DNA from: Anthoceros angustus
Lineage: Eukaryota > Plantae > Anthocerotophyta
NCBI GenBank assembly: GCA_010909165.1
Contig: MU008155.1
Location: 1,302,001-1,366,000 of the forward strand
Direction of reading: 5' to 3'
DNA length: 64,000 bases
Shown here piece by piece: positions 11,351 to 24,173 of this stretch; the first letter of the stretch is position 1, and every line of letters begins with the position of its first letter. The position numbers and the translations under genes were made by a program. Below the pieces are notes generated by a model. The model saw only the letters and a list, made by a program, of their open reading frames with translations. It was not told the DNA's origin and ran no database searches.

Positions 11351-12920
11351 TCTTGGCGGCTTGTTTTGCTTTTGGTCGTTCTTTGTTAAGAGGGATAGGG
11401 AGGAGTTAGTCAATAAGGCCATTTTCGGCGGATTGCAACGGTGCAATCCCTAGACCCTCGATCCCGTTGGAGGCCAGGTGGTCCGTCCGGGCGGTCCGGG
11501 TGTCGTCGGCGAGGTCCGTGGTCGTCCGGCGAGGTCGGCGGTGGTCGTCGAGGCGGTCCGAGTGGTCCGTCCGGAGTCCGGCGGGTGGTCCGTCCGGTCA
11601 GGCGGGTGGTCCGTCGGGCGGTCCGGCGGGTGGTCGTCCGGGAGGTCGGCCGGGTGGTCAGTCCGGGCGAGTCCGGGTGGTCCGTCGGGCGAGGTCCGGA
11701 GTGGTCATCCGGGCGGTCCGGTCATCCGGGCGAGGTCCAGATGGTCCGTCCGGGCGGTCCGGCCGGTGGTCCGTCCGGCGGTCGGCCGGGTGTGTCCGGG
11801 CGAGGTCGGTCAGGTCCGTCCTTGAAGGTCCGGTGAGTGGTCAGGGAGTCGGCCCGAGTGGTCGGGTGGTTTAGTTTGGTGGGCATCGCTGGCATGGATC
11901 TCTTGTTTGGCGGGGGCGGTGGTGCAAGTCCGGTAGCGTGATGAGCTACGTCCGTGGTTACCACGACCCGGGGTTAGGGTACATACATAGCGAGGTTAGG
12001 ATACATACATAGGCGGGTTAGGTTGGGGTATGGGGTATATAGGAAGGCTGGCGTCCAAGGCGGACTATCCGGAGTACCATCTTGCGCTCCGTGTGCTCTT
12101 GCCTTCCGTGCTCGAGGCGGAGTGAGTTCTGCGTCCGTGCGGGATTAATTGGTGGTAGAGGATGTGTTTAGAGCTACGGTGGCGAGCTCCGTAACCACCA
12201 GTGATGCGGACGGGTGGGACTGAGCTCGGGAGGTGCTCGGGTGATTTCTCGGGTGCGAGACTAACCTTGGAGGCTCTTTGGGCGGAGGGTGTGGGGATGC
12301 AGTGAGCCACTTCCATGAGCGTGAAGGTAGGAGGGATTAGGAGGCGCTTGGGGGGACTGGCGGAAGCCATCCTTGGAGGCTGGAGCGGAGGCAGTGGGAT
12401 GCAGTGAAAGCCACTTCTCCTTGAGCGTGGGCGGTAGGAGGGATTAGGAGGCGCTTAGGGGTGACTGTGGGCGGAAGCCATCCTTGGAGGGCTTTGGAGC
12501 GGAGGTCATGGTTGCAGGTGCAGCTACTTCTCCATGAGCAGTAAAGCAGGAAGGGCAAAAGGCGGCTGGTGTGAATACATCGAGGCGTGTTGGTGTTGTG
12601 ACTACTAGTGGGAATGGATAAGGGAGAAGGGTCGGTTATTCTGGCGTGTGTGTTGAGGTGGAGTTGGCGGACGAGTTGAGGAGCGGCGCTAAGTACGTGG
12701 CGGCGAAGGCAGCGTCGTTAAACTATTCGTGTCTTGAGAAATCCGAGCGGGGTTTGTGGAAGGTCCAGTCATTGCCTGGTCCGACGAGTTGTGGAGGGGC
12801 ACACACAAGGGTTGTGGAGCCGCCGGACCCAACGATGAAGTCCGTTCGAGGCGATAAGTCGAGAACTCGGCGCAGAATAAGCGAGACCATTCCCTTGGGA
12901 GCGGACTCCTTCCTACAACA
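11347..12920 (-). mobile_element. LTR copy 3, missing ~25 bp at its left end
   Basis: Colinear with copy 2 and ends CCTTCCTACAACA at 12920. It joins the duplicated segment at GTCC. It has a GGTCCG array (~11478-11870) and ~95-100-bp units (~12255-12550). Confidence 0.75.
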
Positions 12921-13693
12921 CATACAGTGAGGATTGTGCGCGCCTTACCGGTGGCCGTACCGTCAAAGTAGTCGCGCCACTACTACCCCACTACTAGAAA
13001 ATGGGGCGGGTTAATGCGCTTTTATGTTACAACCCCTGGCCCCATTTTGTAACATATGGAGGCCATTTGCGGGATCATGTTACAGTGCTTGGTCGAGCCG
13101 AGTGCTGAAAGTGTAACATAAAAGCGTAATCTTTCAACATAACATGGAATCATATGTTGAGTTTGGAGGGTCGGTTTATGTGGTTAGGCGTATAATACAT
13201 CGTGTTCGCGTAAGGGAGGCCTTGCCCCGCAGGGCGCATGCAAAGGTGGTGGTCAAGTATGCTGACCACCAATTTCATCTTGACTCGTCTTGAACTGTGT
13301 TAATAGACGCGTCAATCCTCGCGTCAGCGGCGTCGCGGTCACATCCATGTGCACACCATGGATGCACGCCACACCCGTTACGCGCCCTCCTCCATGACGG
13401 CCGTCGGTGGCATGATTGCAAACATGTGCCGGTGCATATGTATTGGATGCCTTCCATGGCACACTCTGCACCAACCGTCGTTTGGCAGCCTGTCTTTTGT
13501 ATTTTTGGGTTTACAGCAACCCATAAATTGTATATTGCCAAAAATAATTGTATTCTGTACACAGGTTTTCGGTGATACCCCCCTACGTGGTGTATACGGT
13601 ACTCCAATCTACCGTATACGTACGGTATATGGTACTGCAATCCGCTAGCTTTTCTTCAATGCTCTGGTCGTAGCGTCCGCAGTGATCGTGTTT

Positions 13694-16600
13694 TCAGTTT
13701 CGTGGCTCAATTGGTTTGCTTCTTTTAGTCTTGCCCCGTGATAGCTTTTTCGTTACGCAATGCACGGTGACGCTAGAGGCAAATGCAATCGTCAATCTGG
13801 CGAACTTGGATGGCCCCTCTGAAGGACGGCCGCGAAGAAGGATTCCTCTTTTGTTTTGATTTCTTCCCACTCGTATGATTGGAGGCCTTTTCCTTCGCTT
13901 GCTCATTGCCCGTCCATTTGTTCGGTTGCCTGCCAATTTATGAACAAGAACGATTTTCACAACACACAACATGCAGACGCTCGACTCACTGGTTTGTGTG
14001 ACAACAACCGGCAAACACAGCCAAGCTGAATTGTCGGCACACCCTCGCCAATATCTGCCATTGTCCGCCTTAATCGACCAACACATGAATGCAGTGCAGC
14101 ACATCCGCGGTGCGATGGAGACGCCTCCCCCGACCCCATTGTCAGCTGTGACACGTCTCCAGCACACATTCGGCCCATGCACGCCGCAACCATCGACTTA
14201 CCTTACGCGCCGGATGGCGTACGCTTGGCAGCCACCCTTGCCCCTAAATCGCCTAGAGTCTCCCGTGTTGTTCGAGCCTTCCTTGATCCTTGCTTTGTTG
14301 TCTTCGCGGTGGTGGTGAACCTCTTCCACGTCATCGCTAGAAACCTTTGTTCCCGATCGCGAGGATTTGTTGTGCACCCCTCATTCGGAGTAGTGGGCGA
14401 CCTTTGTGCATGACGTCCGTTATGCGGGTTGCGACTTTGGTCCTCCCGAACACCATTACCGTCATGGCCCATGTCCACCTCCTTCTGCCGTTGTATGTTG
14501 CCCGTTCCAGCAATGTGGCCTTCCACCTCGATCCATCGCATATGCTGGCATGCCTCAACCATTTCTTCTTCCGTTGATTCCGGTTAGTTCTTCCAACTTT
14601 GTCTTCCGGATCCATCGCGGCTAACACTTGCCGTGTGTTCTTTGCTCTCACCTCCTCGGCGCCGATTGCAGCCCGCGATCCCCGCCGACATCGTCATCAC
14701 CGCCAACATCCACTGAGTTGTACCATATTCGGCCGTCCGTCCGGCGGATGGATCTCATATCCAGCTCATCCGGGCGAGTCTATTCCATGCAGCTTGTGCC
14801 ACTCATCCTCCTTGCCCTTGCATCCGTGATAACATTTGCCATATCTTGGCACGCCTTCTTCGCATCCCAATACTCTTGCATTACGCTAATCTTTGGTGTA
14901 ACGCCATACTCCTCCTCCGTTGGCGAGCCGTGTTTACAGCTTTGAACCTCTCCATCCGCGCCCTTTCCCCGGAGGTTGGGCCCCATCCCCGACTTCCCAC
15001 CTCACTTTGGCTGCGATGGATGCTTTGGACGGGAGGAAATTGCCATGTTGGCGCAATTCAACTCTAGCCCAACTAACAGTTTCTTGCCAAGATTTGTCGT
15101 CCAGGTCGGGGGGCTTCAAGCTGTTGTCTAGCACGCCCTTTGTTCTCCTCTCTTCCACCACAGCCCGGCGGCGTCCATAGCCCAATGTTCGGCCTTTGGT
15201 TACGGAGGAGAATTTTTCCTGATTATTCTCTTCACGGCAGTGCGAAGGCGTCCTCCACTTACACGGTCGTCGCTTCCGCTTGTTCCGTCCTTCCACCAAC
15301 GGCATCTCCACCGTTGTTAAATGCCTCACCATTTTCACCATTTCTGCATGGCGTTCCGGTCCGAGGCCCCCGTACGCCGCCGGATCTCCTGCCCCTTCAT
15401 CTTCTCCAACTTCATCTGCCGGTTCGTCCATGATGTTATGCACCCAGTCTTTTCCTCTCTTGTGAATAATGGCTTGCAACAAAGCCCTATTGTCCACCTT
15501 CTCCACAACAATCGGTGGGCGTAAGCAATCTCACAGGCATCGCGGGCCGCCCACCACCACCCTCAACAAAATTGTCACTCCAGTGCCGAGGGTGGCAGCA
15601 GCGGCTTGATCACCCACGCGCCTTCTTCTACCGCGTGGCGTGGGTGTTGTTGGCTCTTCCCACCTCTTCCCGAGGCTCGACAGGTGTGGCCGTCGCCTGC
15701 TTGTTCCACCCGATAGGGCCGCACAATGTATGTGTTGCCCTCTGGATTCGTTATGGCCGGGGAGGTGGGTATGGGGATGAACCTCTGCTGCCCATCCCAC
15801 CTACTTTCAGGCGTTTCCTCCGCGTTGATAGTCCATGACTCGTTCCCGTCTAACCCAGCCAGCTACACAAGTGCACAGGCATGCACCTTGTCAGTGATGA
15901 GGCACATGCGGGGTGCTATGTTCCTCATACCAACTCTCCCAACGTTGACCTCACATGATGCTCCAGTTCGTCGCCGGCGTGAACATCATCCAGGGTTCCG
16001 TCGAATCCGTCCAAATCTTCCGGTGGGCGTTGGTAGCGAATCGCTCCCGTGCAACCGCGTGACGTACGCCGGAAGCCACGCCGCGAGGGCCAACAAAAGC
16101 CAGTCACGCGCGAGCCTTCACGAACACTCGCCGGTGACATGCAATATGATGGTGTCAAGCGCCCTCTTCGCTTGATGATGTAGTTCCCACGGGCGCCACC
16201 GGTGGTCCATGTTCAAATCTACGCTCGCATGGAGTCCCCTGTTTCTGTCACTTGTAGGCGATGGCCAGGACAACACACGGGATGCGCGAGGCGACCGAAT
16301 AGGCCAATTCTTACCTTCTTCTACGGCCAGCTGACCTCGCCCAGTCCCTCTCCCTGCGCCACTTGACACCCCTCACGGAAGCATGGATACATGTGCATGC
16401 ACAGGCTCATCACGTTCGAATCCCCACCGCGATGAATGCAGCAGATTTCCACCACACTGCGTTGATGTTGAAGGGATCCTCCGTACTCGGTAGTCACGCA
16501 TGCAACTTCAACTTGAAGATGCCATGTTTGTTAAGGTGTGGAAAAAGGGGAGGCAGAGGGAGGCGCGAGATTCATCATGGAGCCCCATTATTTCTGCGGA

Positions 16601-17099
16601 TGATGTTCACTCCAACACGCACATGCCACCGTTGTACTAATTCAAACACATTCTCATGCTATTAGAGGCAGAACACTTTACTACAACGACATATGTATTT
16701 TGGGCATACGCGCAATTAACGTTGCATTAAACGGCCGCCAGCTTCACCGCCAATATCGAGGTGCAAAAGCAGCGCCGGGACCCGAATCATCCACCTACTC
16801 GCCATGTAATCTATGCCATCGGGAGGAATGGCGGCCCTCTTCCGTCTACCGCCTAAGGTGGATTCTGCCCGACTCGACTCTGCAAAGCTGAAACAAGCGC
16901 CCACCAAATCCGGCTCGTCAAACCATTCACCGATCCTGAGGTCAGGCAGTGTGGTCATCCACTGCGTAATTTCGAGCAAGCACCTCCCAAACAAGCACGC
17001 GCGTGTGCGCGTCCGGCTACGGCGTCGAGGCGGGCGGCTACCCACATCTGGCGTCATGGTGTGAAAAGTCGGATGCCGTTCGGCGCGGCGCCCACGCAT
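13694..17099 (-). pseudogene. Second gene of the CACTA (TnpA-like position), fragmented
   Basis: Protein-like fragments in the same orientation as, and downstream of, the transposase: 16716-17099 (ITQWMTTLPDLRIGEWFDEPD), 14934-15506, 14780-14986, 14203-14562. No recognisable domain; the call is positional. Confidence 0.45.
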
Positions 17100-17825
17100 C
17101 CGCCGGGTTTGCTTGATAGTGGACTCTATGCAAAGCGGGCGTAGTCACCGCTCTGCTCCCCTGCCATCTCCTACAACCGCAACCGCACGGCCGACAGCCT
17201 CAAGCACCCACGACCTCAAGCAGCAACACATCAAAGCATCCCCAAAATCGGCTTCACTGTGGCCTTGGGTAGAACACGAATGGGGCTCCTGCGTTTATGG
17301 AGGCGCCCGGACACCATGAAAGCCGAATCGCGGTGGCGTTCCTCACTCCCCCTGCCTCCCGACTTTACTATGGACGCATTTCCAGTCGTTGATGCGTGTG
17401 TTCGTTACACCGCGATCCGCGTCGGATGCGTAATCACCGATCCGGTGATGCGTGCCACAAATATTCGCGACATGACATCCGCTCGCCGCCATTCTCTGCT
17501 GCCTTCCGCTCTCGATTGCAAATGACCGCATCCATGGTACTTAGCTAAATAGCAATAATGTCCTTGGTTATGTATGTAAGGCATGGTGCTATGATGCATA
17601 TATAGGCAGCGGATCTATATTAGAAAATACATAAAAGTCATAACTCAAGGAAAGGCGAATAGGTGGTTGAGCACATAAATATCATTATTCATTCAAGGCC
17701 AAGGAAAGTAGAATTATAAATAGAATGTCCCTTGCTCACGTGAAATCACGGATGTAAACCCCATATTTTACTTATTTGGGCGGATGTGAACTCCGACCTT
17801 ATGCCTCCCCGGTTATGGATGTATG

Positions 17826-20700
17826 TTAGAATGGGGATGATGCACATGGCGGACATGCCGCCGTGGTCATGGATGGGGAATCGAGGACAAGCGCCCGGCA
17901 TATGGGGAAAGGCATCGTGTGGTGGATGTCGACCATGCGGGCGCACATGGCCGACATCACAATACATGAAGGGCGATAACAATACGGATGGGTGCCAACA
18001 CGGGTGCATGCGGCAATGAAACAAGCATGCGATGCGGCATCCGCGTCGTAATTTGAGCGGAGTTGCGGCGTCCGTGTCGATTCGCACTGCGTGGCTTCCT
18101 CCAATATGCCCTTCAAAACTACACGCATCCGTTTCCACATCCTTCCAGCGAGCCGGGGAGGAATAGCTAAAGCCCAATTCCGGTTCACCGATATGGGGTC
18201 CGGATGCAGCATACATTGCGTGACCTGCGCAAGCCACACGAATGGCCCGTCTTCACTTCCCGGCCGATATGTGCACCTCCGTCCCATGTACACCATGTCG
18301 TACCCACAAAATGTCGAGCGCAAGGATGGCGGATGTGCCTCCCTGTCGCATTCATACCAGCGAACCTTCAATACCATAGGCTTGTATGTATCCGAGAAGG
18401 ATACACGCAAAATCTTCTCTACATGGCCATAAAAAGTTCGTTCCCGCAAGTCCTCGCCAGGTAACCCTACAAAAAACCGGGTGAATACGGCACTGTCTTG
18501 CGTTCTATGACGACTGTCATCTGCGGCTATTGTGCGGATGTGGCCTCCCTTGCTCATCATGTGGTTATATGATATGGCATTGGCGTGTGGCCCAGCCATG
18601 ATGGCGCGGGCATCATCACACATTCTAGGATGGGAGTCCCACTCTCCACCCACCCTCATAGCATGCACCCATTCTCTGAAGCATGGCTTCTGCACGCCAG
18701 GCCTAAGCTGCCGGACAAACGCATCATACAAGTCCAAAAAAGGCCGCAACACGTTCGTGTTGAACAAAACATAATTGTGTACCTGCACACGTTCCGTCCC
18801 TGTTAAGGTATGTTCGGACCCTCGCCCCATAGGCTCATTGTCCTTGTCATCCTCATCCATCCAAACAGTGTTCCCATAATCTTTGTCGGAGGAATGCTTT
18901 GAGTTGATGCACTCTTGCGGATGTATCCCACGCCATCGCCTTGAACTGGCTCGTTGTCGATTATGCATTTGCGGAAGCCGAGATAACGTTCCACTCGGGT
19001 ACATCCATCTGCAGTGCACTGGGCCCAAAGCTTCCACCTCATCAACCAAGTGAAGTACGAGGTGTGTGAAATATCCGAAGCTTCGGTGTTCCTCCAATAC
19101 ACACATGACCCTTATGCACTCCTCCGCATATCGGCGATTGCATGCGTATCCTCGTTGGCATATCCACACAACCGACTCAACCCGCGATTGCCTTATACAC
19201 ATCTGGATGAATTCGTTGTGGAGGACAATGGGGAAATACACTTGCATTACCACGTGCCAATCATGGGTCTTGATTGCCAACCTTACCCTTTGCCAACTTT
19301 GATGCTATGTTTGAGGCATATCCGTGGGTAGCCGGATCGCATTTCTTTAAGCACAAGGTCTAGATCGGGCTTAGTTAACACATACCGTGCATCGGGAAAA
19401 GTCTCGGTGTCGTGATTGGGCCACGACCATGACTTACCTCCGTGGATTCCATGTCAACGTGAAGCAAAGTCGTCTCGTTCTCCTGTCAATGTATGCCATA
19501 TGGACTCAGCATTATTTTTTTCTAGGTGCATGACATCTTTCGGGGCCCACTTCAGCATGTGTCTCCAGTACGGTAGGAAGTCGAACCACGTTGACTTCCT
19601 TCGTGTCCCAAACCGGCCAGTTACTCTTAAATCCACAAGTCGCCACCACTTCCATGACCCATCACCATTAGTTGACGAGCAGCGGGCGTGGTGGGCGGTG
19701 CTCCTCTTCGTTGTTGAACCACTCCTTTTTCGTTCTGCGCATTTCATGATCAGGAGGAAAACGCGGCTCCGGTACACATGTTTATGAAGCGCGCTGCCCA
19801 TCTTGATTCCAAACCTAGCGATCTAAGCGAGCACGCGTCCCATGTCGACCAGGCCATGATCCCTAAAGGATAATCTCCAATAATGTGCGTAACCTGCTCT
19901 AACATTGAAGCGTCGCGGGGATCGATCGCGAGCATCGAGAAATCTTGACAGCATGCCTTCCACCCACAAATCCCAGCAGCTCTTCCGGGAGTGGCGCATA
20001 AAGACATCAAAGTTTTTACAATATGAGGGCTGGCACAATAAGGGGCATGAGCACATGCTCGGCTTTGTTGTCATCCATGGGGAAGTTGTGCACAAATAGC
20101 ATTACCGCCATATGGTGGATGCCGCGGACCGGTGACCAAATGGGTTGAAACCATCCGTTGCTATGCCAAACCGAACATTCCCGGCCTCAGACCCAAACCC
20201 ATCCAAGCTATCAACCAGCCGCCATGTCGGCGTATCATGATACCCATATGCCCATCAACTCGTAGCCACGTAGAGGCGGTCATGTGGCCATAGCAGGAAG
20301 CGGAGAACATGCACGGATGCGGTCTTTGATAGGAAAATGCCACATGACCTTGTGTGGGACTTTTCCACGGATATACCTCGAGACCGCACAATGGGCATGC
20401 GGTGTGATCGGCGTACTCACCTCTAAACAACACGCAATCACCTTCTGGGGCGTGGATTTTATCATACCGCTGCGGCAAAAGCTTTTTCCCCGAGTGAGGT
20501 TGGCAACGTTCCCTACCGGCAATAAATGTTGGGACGGCTGCGGCATGTCGAGACGACCACATCGACATGCCATGCCCGGTTTGCAAGGCGATGAGGATCA
20601 ACGCGATCAACTCCGTTTCCTTGGATTTGCAAGGTGGTGCACTTCCACACGCCGTTTCCCTGCGTGGCCTCCATCCCCATGTGATCGATTCCATGTGATT
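17826..20700 (-). pseudogene. CACTA transposase (TnpD/Transposase_21 type with DUF4218/DUF4216-like regions), frameshifted as assembled
   Basis: KIHAPEGDCVLFRGEYADHTACPLCG, KTHDWHVVMQ, HLVDEVEALGPVHCRWMYP, TQDSAV, FYGHVEKILRVSF and VLKVRWYE are all typical En/Spm transposase motifs. Confidence 0.92.
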
Positions 20701-20917
20701 GCACGCTCGGGCGTCGTTGTTGTCGCCCGGCTACCATCAATGGAGGCCGCGACGCCGGACGGGCGCTATCCATATCATCCATGCTATCATAGCCATCCGC
20801 TGTCGCCCTCCATGCCATGTGAAATGCCTCCTATGGCGGCGTCATCCTCCGCGGCCGCATTGGCGTTCGGCTCACCACCGACCATCAACGGCAATTGGTT
20901 ACAAGCGAGACAAGATA

Positions 20918-21316
20918 ATGGCGGAGGAAATCGCGAGGAAAGGTCACGCCTCGGTCCGTCGGCCTGCGTCTCTCCATCCTTTCGCAAACAATGTATTCTG
21001 GAAATGTGGGCAGGAATGGGGCGGATGGGCCGCCGGGATCTGCAAATCACGGCAGGACATCGCATGTGCACCTCCGCGCCTGGTGGCATCCGGCAAGATT
21101 CGCTCCTTCAAAGAGCAAGTGATGAGCGGGAAAATTGAACAACGCCTTCACGAGAAGGCGCGGCTTGCGGATAGAGACCCGGGCACGAAGGAGGGAGTAG
21201 AAGAAGGATGGTCGTGGAAATGGCCAAATCCTAATGCCAGTTATAGCAATGAGGACAACTGCTTCGAGGAGTGCAAGCACGTGGCAGGCATTCGTACATC
21301 ATTGCCTCGCAACTAG
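20918..21316 (+). CDS. Hypothetical 132-aa protein inside the CACTA, divergent from the transposase
   Basis: ATG at 20918 (MAEEIARKGH...), open to 21316. No known domain recognised. Confidence 0.45.
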   Translation: MAEEIARKGHASVRRPASLHPFANNVFWKCGQEWGGWAAGICKSRQDIACAPPRLVASGKIRSFKEQVMSGKIEQRLHEKARLADRDPGTKEGVEEGWSWKWPNPNASYSNEDNCFEECKHVAGIRTSLPRN

Positions 21317-21390
21317 CTCATTTGTAAACCCCCTTTTTATCTAATGAAATCTGAACAGAGCAATGGTTCATCCATTCAGAGCTGGAGGGA

Positions 21391-22426
21391 ATGACAAGAC
21401 AAGTCTGGACTAAAGGGAGTCTGTATTTTCTTCGCGTGAAGGCTTCCCCACCACCGTTTTGTCACATCATTTGGCAAGTACGATACACCTTCACCTCCTT
21501 CCACAATGGCGCAAAAGCCGAAGCCAATCCGGAGCATGTAGGGGCCGAAGCGGGAAAAGCAGCGTCGCTTTGACATACGGTAAGAACAACACAGCCCACA
21601 ATGCAATGCCATGTGCATGTAAATTGGGCTTGTGGCATGGATGCGAGAGGCGCGAGGCGGACTTGGAAGGCATCCGGATGCAACATCCGTAGGAGCAGGC
21701 GATAGCGTCGAGCAAGGGCACTCGCGTCGTCCATTGCCGGGCCACCATCCTTATGCCGTGATCGACACGGACGTCTTTGGGCGTCCACGGCGGTGGCGGA
21801 GCTAGAACAAGCGGCGGCGCGACGGTGGAACAATGGATCCGTTTGCGGCATAGCGGTTGAGAGACAAGCGGCGGGTTCACAGGGCAATCCGAACTTGGAT
21901 CCCCAGGACATCTTCCACCAAGCAGCGAACATGCGAAGGTCGTGGGCTACCGGTGGGCGCGAGGATGGCATGGTCCCCGGAAGTCCCAATGGATGGCGTC
22001 GAGCCGCCACATCCGGTGTGGTCCGCAAACTTGGGCGTCATGTCAAATGGGGATCTGTGCTTGGGTGTGGTGAAGGATGTCAAGCAACGAGTGTGGCAAG
22101 AAGGCGATGGGCGTTGGGTCTGCGGTGATGGAGGAGGCGGGCGATGCACACCACCCCTGGCGAAGGTGAATTTTGCGAACTACGGTCCTAGGGCGCTTGT
22201 ATTGCCATCGAGCCACGGGCGAGATGGAGTTGTGGGTTGCCTGTTCACCTCGGCATGGACTTCCCGTCCTCGGCGGTGCAAGGAGTTGGGTGTCCACATC
22301 ATCGAGTTAGAGGTCCATAAGCTGCGAGACGTGTGCACATGCAAACCTCGAGGAGAGGATGTGGTTTGTCCCAAAAATGTGGACAAGTTTGATGTGGGCG
22401 TTGCGGTCGAGCCGCCATTGCACTAA
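21391..22426 (+). CDS. Hypothetical CACTA cargo protein, probably frameshifted (last 189-aa segment open)
   Basis: Successive + strand segments 21391-21573, 21459-21692 and 21857-22426 have protein-like composition. Confidence 0.4.
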
Positions 22427-22451
22427 AGGCAGGAACTAGCACGGAGGATTC

Positions 22452-23126
22452 TTGAAGCAGTCTTGTTGCGAGGCGTCCGAGATTGATGGGGGCGGAGGAA
22501 GCAGGATATGGGTTCGGCATTTTGGGCAGCGACCGGAAACTAATGTTGTGGGGCCTCAGGCGGCATGGTGGCCATTTGCGTCGGACGAGCCGACGGTGAG
22601 TCTTTGGATAGTCAAGAGAGACATGGATGTGGCCAATGCATTCCCTCACCAGCTCAGGCTGCTATTCAACTACAACAAATGGGAGCAATTTGTGTTATAT
22701 GCCGATTTCCAAGCGAACGACGAGGCCCGCTTCCAATTGTTGGAGGCTGCGGAGCACATAGTGGAAGCATGCCACACAATGGGGGGGAACACGAACCACG
22801 GCCTGCTAGCGGGGAGGACCCACTGTTACTTATTCCGGTTGTGCTCACTGCTGCAGCCCGTGCGAGTGCAGGTCCGGCATGGGGATTTTGTCGAACCCAT
22901 GAGCATGAGAATGGCGGGAGTTCCACATAATCAAGTGACAAGTGGAAGGAATCCGGGTGGTACTGCATGCATGTGCTCAAGGTGTGCCACAGTGAAGGCA
23001 GTAGGAGGTGATCACGGCTTGCAAAAGCGGATGCACTTGTGCACATTGTTCTGCTTGTCTACATTTCGGCCAGCCTCACTATGGGAGACTACATTGCATG
23101 AAACTTGGAGGAATGTTGTGCCTTGA
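22452..23126 (+). CDS. Hypothetical 224-aa CACTA cargo protein with Cys/His-rich C-terminus
   Basis: Uninterrupted ORF from the track containing ..FQANDEARFQLLEAAEHIVEACH.. and CMCSRC..H..HLC..C. No family recognised. Confidence 0.5.
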   Translation: MKQSCCEASEIDGGGGSRIWVRHFGQRPETNVVGPQAAWWPFASDEPTVSLWIVKRDMDVANAFPHQLRLLFNYNKWEQFVLYADFQANDEARFQLLEAAEHIVEACHTMGGNTNHGLLAGRTHCYLFRLCSLLQPVRVQVRHGDFVEPMSMRMAGVPHNQVTSGRNPGGTACMCSRCATVKAVGGDHGLQKRMHLCTLFCLSTFRPASLWETTLHETWRNVVP

Positions 23127-24173
23127 GGCCAAGCCATTGCCATCAATTTGCGAATTGCGCTGCGGCGCATTGCGCAGATGAGGAGCAGCCATGCCATCCC
23201 AATCATGTGCATTGCGAAATGGCCTTGCTCGCGGGGCAGCCCGCATAGTGGCACATCACAATGCACCTTCCGCCATCCGCGCCACCGTTCCATGGTTGAT
23301 GGAAAACAATGCGGAAGAGCATTTCCCACTAAGAAGGCGACCTCACATTCGTATATGGTCATGGAACAAGTGACATGGAGGCCACGTCGAGCGATTGCAA
23401 ATCGGAACACCGTGTATGATCATCCTCTTGTCGGCAGCGGCGTGATTTGTACACAATTGGAGAAACCATGTCACCTTCCACGGAATTTGACAAGCTATTT
23501 TCTAGCTTTGCCATACAGTGGTGGCGTAGAAGCGTGCGGCCGGAACCTCGACGCCCATCAGGTGAAACCCCGAACTAAATACGCCCGCCCCCAATGAGTG
23601 CCGTGCGACATCCAGCGGATATGTGTGCCGAATGGCTTGCACGAACATCTGGCGCACTCGATTTGAAGGTGTTGGGCGGAAGCCCGTTCCGCTCAATGGA
23701 ACCATGGGCGACCCATCGTATGTTACATCCATGTTATCCGCAACATAACCGCAACACCCTAAACCCGATCCACGCAGCCAAGGCCATTTACATTACAACC
23801 CGAACCGTAGCGAAATATGTAACACATTATAGACAACATGCAAGTTCTAGTAGTGCCGTATCCTTCACCCTCTTCATGGCGCTACTTTTTGGCGGCTACA
23901 ACACCATCCATCTTCTCCTCTCCTCTCTCAAAACACCTCCCGATACTCGGTTTTACACTCTTGAACATAGTGGGTTTTCTTCTTGCCCTCTAGAAACTTT
24001 GCCTTCTTCCTCACATTGTTCCAATGCTTCAGTTAGTCCCAAAAGCGCATCACAATGGCTTCAAATGACCAAGGACACGAAATAGTTTGATGCATTGTTC
24101 AACATGGACCAGTGGCTTGTTTGATTCCAAAACACACTAATGATTGCAAAGCCACCGGATGGTGTAATGCACC

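Larger units (their letters stand above)
12989..23855 (-). mobile_element. Complete CACTA (En/Spm) DNA transposon, 10.9 kb
   Basis: Left TIR CACTACTAGAAAATG vs reverse complement of the right end CACTACTAGAACTTG (13/15). Flanks are CCC and CCG (2/3 TSD). ATGTTACA/TGTAACA subterminal motifs occur at both ends (13024, 13048, 13077, 13112; 23720, 23818). A transposase lies inside. Confidence 0.9.

Noticed and set aside
7815-12920. LTR copies 2 and 3 as the paired LTRs of a TRIM/LARD element
   Set aside because: No PBS, PPT or TSD; copy 3 is truncated at the junction; and the interior is a duplicate of 31.7-33.7 kb.
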